64,000 nt of DNA from an uncultured Pseudomonadota bacterium (GTDB lineage: Bacteria; Oederibacteriota; Muellerivitia; Muellerivitales; Muellerivitaceae): the NCBI GenBank assembly GCA_963836235.1, contig CAWIIP010000005.1:256001-320000 (forward strand), read 5' to 3'. How positions within the stretch are numbered: the stretch's first letter is position 1; every line of letters starts with the position of its first letter. The notes beneath the pieces are model-generated. The model was not told the origin of the DNA and searched no databases. It worked only from the letters and a program-made list of their open reading frames with translations. Of the stretch, positions 35,340 to 46,095 are shown one piece after another. The position numbers were made by a program, and so were the translations under genes.

Positions 35340-38138
35340 TCAATGGGCCTCAAGCCAGCTTTTACCGACCCCTACATCCACCCTCAAGGGAACCTTCAGC
35401 TTCATGGCATTTTCCATCTCATAAACGATCATTTTCTTGGCCGCTTCCACCTCGTCTTTAGGCGCCTCAAAGACTAGTTCATCGTGGACTTGCAACAGCA
35501 TGGCTGTCTCCATCTTCTTTTGCTTGAGTTTCTCGTGGAGCCGTACCATAGCCACTTTGATAAGGTCTGCCGCCGAACCCTGGATAGGCGTGTTGACCGC
35601 CATATGTTCGCCCGTGATCTTTAGGCCGATATTGGTGGAATGAATCTCGGGTATAAGGCGCTTGCGGCCCAATAAGGTGGTGACGTAACCTTGTTTGCGA
35701 GCCAATTCCACCATCTCGGTGGTGAATTTCTGGATGCCAGGGTATTTGGCGAAATAATCCTCAATGAATTTTTTAGCTTCCATCATGGAAACCCCGTTTT
35801 CCCGCGCTAGGCGCATGGGCCCCATGCCGTAAATGACCCCGAAGTTGATGGTCTTGGCCTGGTTTCTCTGGGTTGCGGTCACCTTGTCCATGGGCGTCCC
35901 AAAAATCAGGGAGGCGGTGCGGCGGTGGACATCTTCGTCATTCTCGAAGGTCTCGATAAGATTCGGGTCCCCAGTGATATGGGCTAGGACACGAAGTTCG
36001 ATTTGGGAATAGTCGGCGGAAATCAGCACATGCTTGGAATCCTCCGGCACAAAGGCACCCCGAATGCGGCGGCCGAACTCGGAACGGATGGGGATGTTCT
36101 GCAAATTAGGGTCGGTGGAGGAAAGCCTTCCCGTGGCCGCCACGACCTGGCTATAGGAAGTGTGAATGCGGCCGTCCTTGGGACTCATCATCTCGGGTAG
36201 CACGTCCAGGTAGGTGTTCTTGAGCTTGGAAAGCATACGGAAATCCAGCACCATGTCGGCGATGGGCACGCCTTTTAAGGATTCCAGCACATCCACGTCG
36301 GTGGCGTAGCCGGTCTTGGTCTTTTTCACCCGGGTCCCCGCGATCTTCTGGACCTGCATCTTCTCGAAGAGGATCTTGCCCAATTGCAGGGGCGAGCCGA
36401 TGGTGAATTCCTCTCCCGCTTCCTTGAAAATCTTTTTCGTGAGCTTCTTGAGCTCCACCCCGGCCTCGTCGGACAGGGTCTTGAGCAGCTTCTCGTCCAC
36501 GCAGATACCCTTGCGTTCCATGTCCTCCAGGACCATCACCAGGGGCAGTTCCACCTCCTCATAAAGCTTTTCCAGGCCTTCCATTTTCAACCGGGGGGCG
36601 AAAAAAGCGTGGGTGCGGAAGGTGTAATCCGCATCCTCGCAGGCATATTGGGTGATGACCTCCAGGGGGACCTTATCCATAGTGATTTGTTTTTTGCCGC
36701 TGCCAATCAGGGCCTCGGTGGGGATCTTGGTGTAGCCGAAGTGCTTGAGGGTCATGGCGTCCAGGTTGTGTTGGCGGCTGGAGGAATCCAGCAGGTAGCT
36801 TTCCACCATGGTATCGAAGGCGAAACCCTGGGGGTCAATGCCGTGGCTCCGGAAGACCGCCCAGTCGTACTTGCTGTTTTGCCCGCCCTTTTCGACTTTC
36901 GGATTTTCTAGGAAGGGTTTCAGTATCTTCAAAAGCTTTTCTTCCTTCAATTCCTGGTTGAAGGGGATGAAAACCGCTTCCTTCTCCTTCCAGGCCAGGG
37001 AGACACCGACGATATCCACCGTGAGGGCGTCTAGGCCCGTGGTCTCGGTGTCCACCGCTACCAGCCCCGCTTTCGTAGCCTCCGCCAGGGCCTGCTGGAT
37101 TTCCTCCTCCGTCAGCAGGGAGCGGTACTTGTCCGAGACCATCTTGAAGGAGGCCTGGACCGGCGCTCCCTCGGGCGCTTCTTCTTTTTTTAGCCTTTTC
37201 TTTTTCTCTTTCGGCTTTTCCGGGCTTTCCAGCTTGAACTCTTCCGAGGAGCCCTTGGGGACTCCCGCGTATTCCTCGATCTTGGACATCATGCGGTTGA
37301 ATTCCAACTCCCGACAAAGCTCTTGGAGCTTTTTCAGGTCCGGCTTGCCGCAGACCATATCGCCGGGCTTGTCCGGGATGCGCGCCTCGCAATCGATGGT
37401 TACCAGTTCCTTCGAGAGGTCGGCCATGGCCTTGTTCTTGAGGAGGGATTCCTTCAACTTGGGCTTTTGAATTTTTTCGACGTTCTTATAGATATTATCC
37501 AGGGTCCCATATTCCTGGATGAGGGTGGAGGCGGTTTTTTCGCCGATGCCTGGCACCCCGGGCACGTTGTCCGAGGAGTCTCCCATCAGGGACAGGACGT
37601 CGATGACCTGTTCGGGCTTCACTCCGAATTTCTCCAAGACGTCCTTCTCGTCCGCCATGGTCCAATCATCGGGCCATTTGGGTTTGTACATCTTCACGCC
37701 CGGCCCGATAAGCTGCATAAAATCCTTGTCGCCGGACACGATGACGCAGTCGATTTTTTCCTTTTGGGCCCGCTTGACCATGGTACCGATCAAGTCATCC
37801 GCCTCATAGCCCGGCTTAACCAGGATGGGCAGATTCATAGCCTGGACCATCTTCTCGATATAAGGCCAGGACTTGGATAGGTCCTCCGGCATTTCCTCGC
37901 GGTTGGCCTTGTATTCCTTATACAGTTTGTGACGGAAGGTCGGTTCCCGGGAGTCGAAAACCACGGCAAAATAATCAGGCTTCTGCTTTTCCATGATCAT
38001 GAGCAGTGTATTCATGAAGCCGAAAACCGCCGAGGTATTAAGCCCCGAGGAGGTGATCCGAGGGTTCTTAATGAAGGCGAAATAGCCCCGATAAGCCACC
38101 GCCGCACCGTCCAACAGGAATAATCTTGGTTTAGGCAT
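35340..38138 (-). CDS. polA: DNA polymerase I
   Basis: 5'-3' exonuclease (LLDG, YKANR, EADD), 3'-5' exonuclease (VDTETTGL), polymerase motifs (DYSQIELR, KTINFGVIYG, QVHDEL). Confidence 0.98.
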   Translation of the reverse strand: MPKPRLFLLDGAAVAYRGYFAFIKNPRITSSGLNTSAVFGFMNTLLMIMEKQKPDYFAVVFDSREPTFRHKLYKEYKANREEMPEDLSKSWPYIEKMVQAMNLPILVKPGYEADDLIGTMVKRAQKEKIDCVIVSGDKDFMQLIGPGVKMYKPKWPDDWTMADEKDVLEKFGVKPEQVIDVLSLMGDSSDNVPGVPGIGEKTASTLIQEYGTLDNIYKNVEKIQKPKLKESLLKNKAMADLSKELVTIDCEARIPDKPGDMVCGKPDLKKLQELCRELEFNRMMSKIEEYAGVPKGSSEEFKLESPEKPKEKKKRLKKEEAPEGAPVQASFKMVSDKYRSLLTEEEIQQALAEATKAGLVAVDTETTGLDALTVDIVGVSLAWKEKEAVFIPFNQELKEEKLLKILKPFLENPKVEKGGQNSKYDWAVFRSHGIDPQGFAFDTMVESYLLDSSSRQHNLDAMTLKHFGYTKIPTEALIGSGKKQITMDKVPLEVITQYACEDADYTFRTHAFFAPRLKMEGLEKLYEEVELPLVMVLEDMERKGICVDEKLLKTLSDEAGVELKKLTKKIFKEAGEEFTIGSPLQLGKILFEKMQVQKIAGTRVKKTKTGYATDVDVLESLKGVPIADMVLDFRMLSKLKNTYLDVLPEMMSPKDGRIHTSYSQVVAATGRLSSTDPNLQNIPIRSEFGRRIRGAFVPEDSKHVLISADYSQIELRVLAHITGDPNLIETFENDEDVHRRTASLIFGTPMDKVTATQRNQAKTINFGVIYGMGPMRLARENGVSMMEAKKFIEDYFAKYPGIQKFTTEMVELARKQGYVTTLLGRKRLIPEIHSTNIGLKITGEHMAVNTPIQGSAADLIKVAMVRLHEKLKQKKMETAMLLQVHDELVFEAPKDEVEAAKKMIVYEMENAMKLKVPLRVDVGVGKSWLEAH

Positions 38139-38706
38139 TTTTCACCTCTGGTTTTTTCCTCGAAAAAGGCACTGAATAAATCAATCGAACAGGCTTGATG
38201 CGGGCGAAAGGGTTGAATTCGATTAAAGCCAGCCGGTTGTAATGTCCTTGAATAGAAAAGCCCTTTCTTCGGAGTAATTCCATTCCTTTGGCTAACCTTC
38301 CGGCGGCCAAATGGATGGACAGCGTGCAATGGGGTACCCAACTGTCGGGGAAATAATAAACCCAATTGCCTTCAATAACCTTATCAATGGCTTTGTGGAG
38401 CCGGGTATGGATTTCCAAGAGACGCGGGGTCACTACTGGGGCCAGGAAAAGCGCTCCTTCTTTACCGGGAAAGGTTCCCAGGCTGGAAAGACGAAATGGC
38501 ACCGAAAAAAAACGGGAAGCCAAATTTTTAAGCACGGAATGAAGAAGCTGGGGATTATATTGCTCGAAAACCGCCAGGCTGACATGGGGGGTGGAACCAA
38601 GCTTGGAAAAAATCGTGGGTATCTTTTCTTTTTCCAAAAGCTGACCCAATTTCTGGACTGCCAAATCGGATTTGGTGTCGAAAAAAAGCTCGATGGCAAA
38701 GGGCAT
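38131..38706 (-). CDS. 2H phosphoesterase (2'-5' RNA ligase family)
   Basis: Two HxT/S motifs: PHVSL and PHCTL. Confidence 0.85.
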   Translation of the reverse strand: MPFAIELFFDTKSDLAVQKLGQLLEKEKIPTIFSKLGSTPHVSLAVFEQYNPQLLHSVLKNLASRFFSVPFRLSSLGTFPGKEGALFLAPVVTPRLLEIHTRLHKAIDKVIEGNWVYYFPDSWVPHCTLSIHLAAGRLAKGMELLRRKGFSIQGHYNRLALIEFNPFARIKPVRLIYSVPFSRKKPEVKNA

Positions 38707-38734
38707 GGCCCGCCTCAAAAGGAAAGAATAAAAA

Positions 38735-38771
38735 TAAAAAAGCCCCCTCCCATTTCATGGAAGAGGGCTTT
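38735..38771 (-). terminator. Intrinsic terminator
   Basis: AAAAAAAGCCCCCTCCCATTTCATGGAAGAGGGCTTT hairpin with T run on the minus strand. Confidence 0.65.
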
Positions 38772-38809
38772 ACTTTACCAACGGATAACGTTTTTAAGAT
38801 ATGGTAAAG

Positions 38810-39094
38810 TTAAACTGGAATTCCGTATTTCTTCTTGGCTTCCGGGGTCATGTTTTCGATGTCTTCCATCAACAAGCGGGCCCGGGTCCCTTTTACGCGC
38901 TTGAGCTCGGCGTCCAGGGTGCCTTTCAAGCGACCCCGAAGCATGTCGGCCAATTTTCTTGGAGCGTAAACATACACGTCCACTCCATCGTCTTTATAAC
39001 TGGAATAATCGTTACGAATTACGGCTTGAGGCGCAAGTCGCTTCACTTCCGTTTCCAGTTTCTTTGCCAATTGTTCCGCCGCGGTTTGTGTCAC
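38810..39094 (-). CDS. Hypothetical protein
   Basis: GAGGAGG RBS, GTG start, 94 aa. Confidence 0.7.
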   Translation of the reverse strand: MTQTAAEQLAKKLETEVKRLAPQAVIRNDYSSYKDDGVDVYVYAPRKLADMLRGRLKGTLDAELKRVKGTRARLLMEDIENMTPEAKKKYGIPV

Positions 39095-39179
39095 GGTTGG
39101 TTCCTCCTCGGTTAATCACGGGAGCCGCGCCCCCGCCTTTCAGCTTTCTAAAACTAATTTATCATATCCACAAAAGTTG

Positions 39180-40040
39180 TCAACGATACCCGGCCTTCCG
39201 GAATAAATTCAAAATCCGGTCCAAGTCGTCGAGCGAATAATATTCAAAACAAACCGTCCCCTTCTGTCGGCCTTGCGTTTTAATCGTCACCTTCGTGCCC
39301 AGCCAGTTGCGCAGGTTCTCTTCCAGCTTGGCGACATTGGCGTCTTTGCCCTTTCCACCCGGCTTCATTTTTTTCGTCGTTCCCTTTTGTTCTTGAAGCC
39401 ATTTTTCCACATCACGAACGTTGAACCGTTGGCGCACGATCCGCTCAGCCCACTTATATTGCTCCTGGGGTGTCGGGAGGGAAGCCAAAACGCGGGCGTG
39501 TCCGGCCGAAAGCTCCCCGGAAGCCAACATAGCCTTGACCTCGGGCGAAAGCTTTAGGAGACGCATAGCGTTGGCTACCGTGGCGCGATCCTTCCCCACC
39601 TTTTGGGCAATCTGTTCTTGGGTCATGTTGAACTCTTCTTGCAATCGGCGGTAGCCTTCCGCCTCTTCCAAGGGGGACAAGTCGGCCCGTTGGAGGTTCT
39701 CGATCAGGGCCAATTCCAGGGATTCCACGTCCGAAGCCTGGATCTCGACGACAGGCATGGTCAGCATTCCCAGCTTTTGCGCGGCCCGGTAGCGACGCTC
39801 ACCGGCGATAATTTCCCAGATTTCACCTTTTTTGCGGACGACAATGGGTTGCAGGATGCCTCTTTCCTTAACCGATTGAACCAATTCTTGCAGGTCCTCA
39901 GGCCGGAACACCTTGCGGGGCTGAAAAGGATTGGGTTTGATGCGGGAAACCGGAACTTGCTGTGCCGATCCCTTTTTCTCTTCGATGAGACGTTTAGGGA
40001 TAAGGGCTTCCAGTCCTCGGCCGAGGGCTTTTTTAGCCAT
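39180..40040 (-). CDS. parB: Chromosome partitioning protein ParB
   Basis: LGRGL, PNPFQPR, IIAGERRYRAA, ENLQRADL, HTH. Confidence 0.97.
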   Translation of the reverse strand: MAKKALGRGLEALIPKRLIEEKKGSAQQVPVSRIKPNPFQPRKVFRPEDLQELVQSVKERGILQPIVVRKKGEIWEIIAGERRYRAAQKLGMLTMPVVEIQASDVESLELALIENLQRADLSPLEEAEGYRRLQEEFNMTQEQIAQKVGKDRATVANAMRLLKLSPEVKAMLASGELSAGHARVLASLPTPQEQYKWAERIVRQRFNVRDVEKWLQEQKGTTKKMKPGGKGKDANVAKLEENLRNWLGTKVTIKTQGRQKGTVCFEYYSLDDLDRILNLFRKAGYR

Positions 40041-40794
40041 GGGTGACGATCTCCTTGGTTAGGTTTAAATAGGCTTGGGCTCCGCTGGAGCGGATGTCAT
40101 AAAGGATAATAGGCTTCCCGAAGGATGGCGATTCGGACAGCTGAACGTTCCTGGGAATGACCGTATTGTACACTTTTTCCCCGAAAAACTTACGGACTTC
40201 CTCGGCCACCTGGGTGGAGAGGCGGGTGCGCGAATCGTGCATGGTCAAAAGAGCCCCCTCTATTTCCAACTTGGGATTAAAGCTTTCTCGCACCCGGTCC
40301 ACCGTTTCCATCAGCGAACTCAAGCCCTCCAAGGCGTAATATTCGCTTTGCACGGGAATCAATACCGAATGTGCCGCGGTCAAGGCGTTGAGGGTCAGGA
40401 ACCCTAGGGAAGGCGGGCAATCGATCAGGATATAGTGGAAATCATTCGCCACTTCCGTCAGGGCCTTCTTGAGCCGGGTTTCTCTTTCTTCCAAGTTGAC
40501 CAACTCCACCTCGGCCCCGGTTAAGTGGCCATTAGAAGGTAGACAAAAAAGTTTTTTCAATTCGGTAGGGCGGATAGCTTCCAGGATGCCCGCTTCTCCC
40601 ATCAACACCTGATAAATATTTGGATCGCATTCATTTTTATTGAGACCCACCCCGCTGGTGGAGTTTCCCTGAGGGTCCATATCCACCAGGAGGGTTTTTT
40701 TTTCGATGGCAGCCAGACAGGAGGCCAGATTGACGGTGGTGGTGGTCTTGCCAACTCCGCCCTTTTGGTTGGTGATACAGATAATCCGTGCCAT
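40033..40794 (-). CDS. parA: Chromosome partitioning ATPase ParA/Soj
   Basis: NQKGGVGKTTT, DMDPQGN, DCPPSLG, EYYALEG, IPRNV. Confidence 0.97.
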   Translation of the reverse strand: MARIICITNQKGGVGKTTTTVNLASCLAAIEKKTLLVDMDPQGNSTSGVGLNKNECDPNIYQVLMGEAGILEAIRPTELKKLFCLPSNGHLTGAEVELVNLEERETRLKKALTEVANDFHYILIDCPPSLGFLTLNALTAAHSVLIPVQSEYYALEGLSSLMETVDRVRESFNPKLEIEGALLTMHDSRTRLSTQVAEEVRKFFGEKVYNTVIPRNVQLSESPSFGKPIILYDIRSSGAQAYLNLTKEIVTHG

Positions 40795-40884
40795 TTTAAT
40801 CCTTTAAAATATCGCGACCTGTTGAAGCATCCAAGCTTTTCGCCATTATGGGCGGACTTGGTGCCTTACGTGGTTGAACCGTCG

Positions 40885-41655
40885 TTATTTTTTACTCTTC
40901 GTTTCTTCTTTTTTTAGTCGATCAAAAAACTTTCGGGTATTTTTCAAATTTTGGGATGCCTTTTGATACTGGGGATCCAGGGAACAGGCCGCCTCAAACT
41001 CTTTCAGTCCCTTTTCATACTTTTTTGTCTGATTGAAGACTACCCCCAAATTATTGTGGGCGACGGCGTTTTCCGGATCGGCCTCAACGGCCTTTCTCAA
41101 CAGGGTTTCCGCCTCAGGCCATTTTTGCATCTGGATGTAAACCAAGCCGAGGTTATTATAAACCCAGGCCGAATCCTCCTCATAGGTCAAAGCTTTCTCG
41201 TAATTCTTTACCGCCGACTGATAATCGCCCTTGTCAAAATAAACCATACCCAAAATGTTGTAGACGCTGCCCGCTTCCGGGTCCAGTTTTTTGGCTTCCA
41301 ACGCCGAAGCGAGAGCCTGGTCAAACAGGCCTTTAGATTGGTAAAGCCGGGCGAGAGTGGCGAAAGCGTTGGCATTGTGGGGATCCAAATTTACCGCGCC
41401 TTCCAGTTCCCCGATGGCGTCATCCGTCCTTTTGGCATCTTTAAAAATCCGGCCCAACAAAAGATGGACTTTCGCGTCGGAAGGATTTTGGGTCCTCAGG
41501 AAAATCAGCATCTTTTCCGATTTCTCCGGCTGTCCCTCATCGTAAAGTTTCTGGGCCTCCGGAAAACTTCCAGGAACTTCAGCGGAAGAAGACGGAACGG
41601 AATTACAGGCAGGGGCTATCAAGGCCAATAGACAGAGGGCTATAAGAAACTTCAT
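40885..41655 (-). CDS. TPR-repeat lipoprotein
   Basis: Lipobox APAC; multiple TPRs (YNNLG). Confidence 0.88.
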   Translation of the reverse strand: MKFLIALCLLALIAPACNSVPSSSAEVPGSFPEAQKLYDEGQPEKSEKMLIFLRTQNPSDAKVHLLLGRIFKDAKRTDDAIGELEGAVNLDPHNANAFATLARLYQSKGLFDQALASALEAKKLDPEAGSVYNILGMVYFDKGDYQSAVKNYEKALTYEEDSAWVYNNLGLVYIQMQKWPEAETLLRKAVEADPENAVAHNNLGVVFNQTKKYEKGLKEFEAACSLDPQYQKASQNLKNTRKFFDRLKKEETKSKK

Positions 41656-41727
41656 CGAACCAAAAGAGAATAGGATGACCATGGGGGCGTCACTATACCA
41701 TCCGGTTTTTCGACCGTCCATGCGCTA

Positions 41728-42711
41728 TTACTTCGTGGGCGATTTACCCGGAGATGAAAATCCTTTTAACTCGATGGGTTTTACCATGAAGCAAAGAAGG
41801 CCAAACAAACTGAAAAGAATGACCCCTATCAATAGAAGCAGAAGCGAATAAGCCATGGCTTGGTCTTTACCAATGGAAATAAGGCCGAAAAGAAAGATTA
41901 GCGCGGCTTCTCGGGTGCCCATACCCAAAAAGGTCAAAAGTGACACGATATTCACGACGGAAATACAAAAAGAAAGATAAAGGATATTGACCGGAAGAAC
42001 GATGGCCAGGGCGATACAGTAACATCCTCCAAAGAAAAAAATGTAGGAAAGAAGCGAAAGAAAAATCGGAATCAGGAGGGCGGGTTTGTAAAAAGCCTCC
42101 ATCCCTTTATGGAAATCCTCGAAAAGTTCGTCCATCTTGTCTCGGTGTTCCTGTTTCATCAGGCGTTGGAAAGCCGCTTTCAATAAAATCCCACCGATTT
42201 TTTTGTTAAAGGCCAATAAGGTAACAGCCACTAGGAGGACGAAAAAAACTTTGACGGCCAATATCATTTTGAGGGAAGCCGGGTCGGTGGGCATGGGGTT
42301 CATCAAGATGCCCAACCCTCCAAGAACGAGCAGAAGGTATAAATCAAAGACCCGATCTACCAGAACACTGGTGATACCCCTGCCGGTGGACAATTTCAAA
42401 TCCTGCTTCAGGTAAAAAACCTTCGCGAAATCGCCCGCCCGTCCGGGAGTCAGGTTCCCCAAATAAAGAGTCGCCATATAGATAAGAAAACTATCCCAAA
42501 CCGGATAGGAAAAGCCCTGCATTTTTAACAAATAGCTCCAGCGAACTCCCTTCAAATAAACCATGATGATAAAGGCCAAAAGAGCCAACAAGAGCAGGCG
42601 CCAATCGGCGGCCCGAAGCATGGATAAGGTATCGGCCAGGCTGATCTTCCAAAGCCGGAAAATAAGCGCAAACAGCAGTATGCCGATAACAATCGGAAGA
42701 TAGCGCTTCAT
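41728..42711 (-). CDS. Lysylphosphatidylglycerol-synthase TM region / flippase-like membrane protein
   Basis: RW...L, TPGRAGD, DRVFD, GMGTREA motifs. Confidence 0.85.
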   Translation of the reverse strand: MKRYLPIVIGILLFALIFRLWKISLADTLSMLRAADWRLLLLALLAFIIMVYLKGVRWSYLLKMQGFSYPVWDSFLIYMATLYLGNLTPGRAGDFAKVFYLKQDLKLSTGRGITSVLVDRVFDLYLLLVLGGLGILMNPMPTDPASLKMILAVKVFFVLLVAVTLLAFNKKIGGILLKAAFQRLMKQEHRDKMDELFEDFHKGMEAFYKPALLIPIFLSLLSYIFFFGGCYCIALAIVLPVNILYLSFCISVVNIVSLLTFLGMGTREAALIFLFGLISIGKDQAMAYSLLLLLIGVILFSLFGLLCFMVKPIELKGFSSPGKSPTK

Positions 42712-42758
42712 AAAAGAAAAGTTTCCTTAAAAAACGGAATAGTACGGAACGGAAAAGA

Positions 42759-44177
42759 TTATATACGAAGCATCCTTAAGCCCACCTTCGCCTTGCGGTA
42801 AAAATCAATCGGCGAGTGGGTAAAGGACATATTTTTCATGACCATTTTGGGCCTTAAGTAAAAGGACTTATAGGCGAACTTCAGCAGGTCGATCAGCTCG
42901 TCCCGGTCCATGAATTCCTCCCAAAGCTTGGGTTTGAACTCGGGAGTAGGGTTTTTGGCAAACTCGGCCCAGTAATCATGGTCGAACCGGCCCTCTTCCA
43001 GGGCCTTATAATAAATGGCGGTCGCCGGGAAAGGAGTCAAAACTGAGAAGTGGACAAAATCCGGGTCTAATTCCTTGGCAAAGTCGATGGTGTTCAGTGC
43101 CATTTCACGGGTCTCCCCTGGATTGCCGATCATGAAATAGGCCAGGGTCTTCATGCCGTGCTTCCGGGTGGCCTTGAATATTTTCCGCACCTGATCCAGG
43201 TCCAAGTCCTTAAGGAGGGTTTCCAGTACCTCCGCGTTGCCCGACTCCACACCATAATGGATGCGGTCGCAGCCAGCCGAAGCCAATTCGGCCAGCATTT
43301 CTTCGTCCATTCGGTCTGCACGGGCCCTTATGTCAAAAGCGATTTCCAACTTACGCCGCTTGATTTCGCCGCAAATATCAAAAACTCGCTTGCGGTTCAC
43401 GTTAAAAGTATCGTCATAAATGAAAAACTCTCGGATGCCGAGTTTCAGGCAGGCTTCCATTTCATTGACCACGGCATCGGCCGAATGGCTGCGAAAGCGG
43501 CGGCCCATGGTAGGTCGGTCACAGAAAAGACACCGGTAGGGACAGCCTCGGCTAGTGAACATAGTCGTGATAGGATTATGCTTAGCAATAAGGGAATAAT
43601 ATTTATGGACCGGCGTTAATTCGCGGGCCGGATAGGGCAAAGCGTCCAAATCTTCCACCGGTGGGGCAGGGGGATTGTCCTTGATCTGTCCCGTAGCAGG
43701 GTCTCGATAAGCCAGTCCAAAAACCTTCTCGAATCCCATCAAGCCTTCTAACGCGGATAAAAGCTGGGTAAAGGCCAGTTCTCCCTCACCCTTGATGGCA
43801 AAATCCACTTCGGGCATCGCCAAGGTTTCGCGGGCAAAGATATGCACATGGGGCCCGCCCATGACTACCTTACAGGCGGGATTGGCTTTTTTGGCGGCCT
43901 GGGCCACCATGCGGGCGTCGATGATGGTAAAGGTGAGCGCTTGAATTCCCACCACATCCGGATTCACTGCGCGGATACGGTCTACGATTTCTTCCTGGGA
44001 GACTTCCTCCACTTGGCAGTCCAAAACATAGATTTCGTGGGTGGTCTTGGCCTTGGCGTATCCGGCGACGTAGAGAAGGCCTAAGGGCGGGTTATAACCG
44101 CGTTCTTCGTCGACCACTGACGGGATATTGGTGGTAATCATATTCTCGGAAGGTGGATTGATGAACAAAACTTTCAT
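42759..44177 (-). CDS. B12-binding radical SAM protein (class B methyltransferase-like)
   Basis: PPLGLLY, GGPH, SRGCPYRCLFC (CxxxCxxC), YDDTF, GVESG, TPFPAT. Confidence 0.92.
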   Translation of the reverse strand: MKVLFINPPSENMITTNIPSVVDEERGYNPPLGLLYVAGYAKAKTTHEIYVLDCQVEEVSQEEIVDRIRAVNPDVVGIQALTFTIIDARMVAQAAKKANPACKVVMGGPHVHIFARETLAMPEVDFAIKGEGELAFTQLLSALEGLMGFEKVFGLAYRDPATGQIKDNPPAPPVEDLDALPYPARELTPVHKYYSLIAKHNPITTMFTSRGCPYRCLFCDRPTMGRRFRSHSADAVVNEMEACLKLGIREFFIYDDTFNVNRKRVFDICGEIKRRKLEIAFDIRARADRMDEEMLAELASAGCDRIHYGVESGNAEVLETLLKDLDLDQVRKIFKATRKHGMKTLAYFMIGNPGETREMALNTIDFAKELDPDFVHFSVLTPFPATAIYYKALEEGRFDHDYWAEFAKNPTPEFKPKLWEEFMDRDELIDLLKFAYKSFYLRPKMVMKNMSFTHSPIDFYRKAKVGLRMLRI

Positions 44178-44180
44178 GGA

Positions 44181-45041
44181 TTATCTTCCTCGTTTCACCA
44201 GTAGGTCCGCCAAAAGTCCCAAAGCGGCGACCTGAAGTCCCGCCACCAGGAGAAAGAGGGTTTCGCCGTTCCAAGCCTGCCCCTGGAGCCGGGAGGTGAT
44301 TCCTGACACCACACCACCCACAAATATGATACCGCTTAAAGGTATGAAAATCTTTAAAGGCTTGAAATACATCACCACTCTTAAAACGAGCGAAAAGAAG
44401 TTGACCGTGTCCTGAAATGGCCTAATTTTTGAGCTGCCAATCCGAACAGCATATTCGATGGGATGGTACTTGACAACATAGCCGTGACATTCCAAAGCTA
44501 GGGTGATGGTGGTCGTGAAGGAAAATCCGTTCGGGAACAATCCCTCATAACGGGCCGCAATGTTTCTTTTAAAAACTCGCAATCCTGAATTTAAATCAGG
44601 TATTTTCCGGTCCGCAAGATAATTGGCCCATTTCCCCAGGAGCCATTTGGGAAACCGTCGCAGCCCAGGAATCGCCGCGTTGGGTTTGGTGCGCGCCCCG
44701 ACGGCCATGTCCGATGTCTCTACCAGCCTTATCAGTTCGGGAAGTTCTTCCGGAGGATAGGTACCGTCGGCGTCCAGCATGGCAATCAGGTTGTACCGAG
44801 CCTGGCGCATTCCCGCCTTGAGGGAAGCCCCATAACCCCGGTTCTCTCCCATCGAAATCACCCGGGCCCCGGCCTGCCTGGCTTTCAATCCTGTCTGGTC
44901 TCTGCTTCCATCGTCCACAACAAGTAATTCAAAAGGAATTCTCGCGCGATGAAGAACTTGCCGCACCTTCCGGACCACTTCCCCGACAGCCCTTTCCTCA
45001 TTGAAAGCGGGAATAATCACCGTCACGGCCTCCCTTTTCAT
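44181..45041 (-). CDS. GT2 glycosyltransferase (polyprenol-phosphate sugar synthase-like)
   Basis: IIPAFNEE, VVDDGSRD, NRGYG, DADG; two C-terminal TM helices. Confidence 0.92.
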   Translation of the reverse strand: MKREAVTVIIPAFNEERAVGEVVRKVRQVLHRARIPFELLVVDDGSRDQTGLKARQAGARVISMGENRGYGASLKAGMRQARYNLIAMLDADGTYPPEELPELIRLVETSDMAVGARTKPNAAIPGLRRFPKWLLGKWANYLADRKIPDLNSGLRVFKRNIAARYEGLFPNGFSFTTTITLALECHGYVVKYHPIEYAVRIGSSKIRPFQDTVNFFSLVLRVVMYFKPLKIFIPLSGIIFVGGVVSGITSRLQGQAWNGETLFLLVAGLQVAALGLLADLLVKRGR

Positions 45042-45391
45042 TTCAAGTCCACCTTCATTTCCGTGTAATGGGGTTTTTCATGCGGTGAATAAACCATCAC
45101 TCGGACGGTATAACTGCCCGGCTGGACCCAGGGGGAGAAGGGGATAGCCCCGTAAAAATACCATATCCCTTTTTCTGCATTCTTCCGAAAAACCAATTCC
45201 GGGCTTCCCATGACCAGGACCGTCCCGATGACTTTTTCCGCTTCCAGGGGAGCGTTGACTTCAGCCAGGGCTGGCTGGCCGCGCAAGAGTGGGAGAGGCG
45301 TGATTTGCAATTGAAGGGAATCGTCCCTCAAACCAATGGAAGCGCATCCCGTCAGGAGAAAAAGAAAAACCAAGGAAAGAAAAGGTCGCAC
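45038..45391 (-). CDS. Small lipoprotein
   Basis: Lipobox LTGC; AAGGA RBS. Confidence 0.75.
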   Translation of the reverse strand: MRPFLSLVFLFLLTGCASIGLRDDSLQLQITPLPLLRGQPALAEVNAPLEAEKVIGTVLVMGSPELVFRKNAEKGIWYFYGAIPFSPWVQPGSYTVRVMVYSPHEKPHYTEMKVDLK

Positions 45392-45479
45392 GGAAATTCC
45401 TTAATGAATATGGATTGAATGAAACCGGGGACAACCGGGTGAGAAGATGCGAAGCCTGCGGCTGGGTCTTCGGGTTATT

Positions 45480-46070
45480 TCATTTCCCGGCAGGCGCTGC
45501 ATTACGGGCTTCCGAAGCGGCGGTAGCGTTGGCAACCCTCGCGGCATCCCGTTTAGTTCTGATTTCCTTGGCCTTTTCCATCATCTGCTTCTTGGCCCTT
45601 TTTTCTCTGTATTCTTCCCTAGCGTCCCGGAAGGCGAAGCTATTGGCTTTCAATAGCATGGTTTCCGTCAAGTAGGTCCCAACCCCAAAATTAACGAAAG
45701 CGGGCAAAATGACTGACAAGGCTACCAACAATAACAGCCAAAGGCTGCTTGCCACCTGGGGATATCCCAGCAGGGGCTTTTCCTGTAATCCCGTGTAGAC
45801 CACCAAGCTCATTAAGGCCACGATAATAAAAAGAAAGAAACCCAGAAGCCGGAAGGTGGAACGAATTTTTTCAAAGGTCCTCTCCAAATCCTCGGCAAAA
45901 TCGGAAATGGATTCCCCGGTTTGCTCGATGGTTTCTTTCCAGCGGTCGTCCCAAAGCAATATTTTACGGCGAAGGATGACACCGAATACCACGATCACAA
46001 AAGTGATGGACGAAGTTAAGAGGGTTAAAAGAATAAAACCCAAGGCCGCTCCTACCGAGTGATCATGCAT
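45480..46070 (-). CDS. Hypothetical membrane protein
   Basis: Three TM helices with a charged C-terminal tail. Confidence 0.75.
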   Translation of the reverse strand: MHDHSVGAALGFILLTLLTSSITFVIVVFGVILRRKILLWDDRWKETIEQTGESISDFAEDLERTFEKIRSTFRLLGFFLFIIVALMSLVVYTGLQEKPLLGYPQVASSLWLLLLVALSVILPAFVNFGVGTYLTETMLLKANSFAFRDAREEYREKRAKKQMMEKAKEIRTKRDAARVANATAASEARNAAPAGK

Positions 46071-46095
46071 GTCTTCATCCTTTCAAATTAAGTTA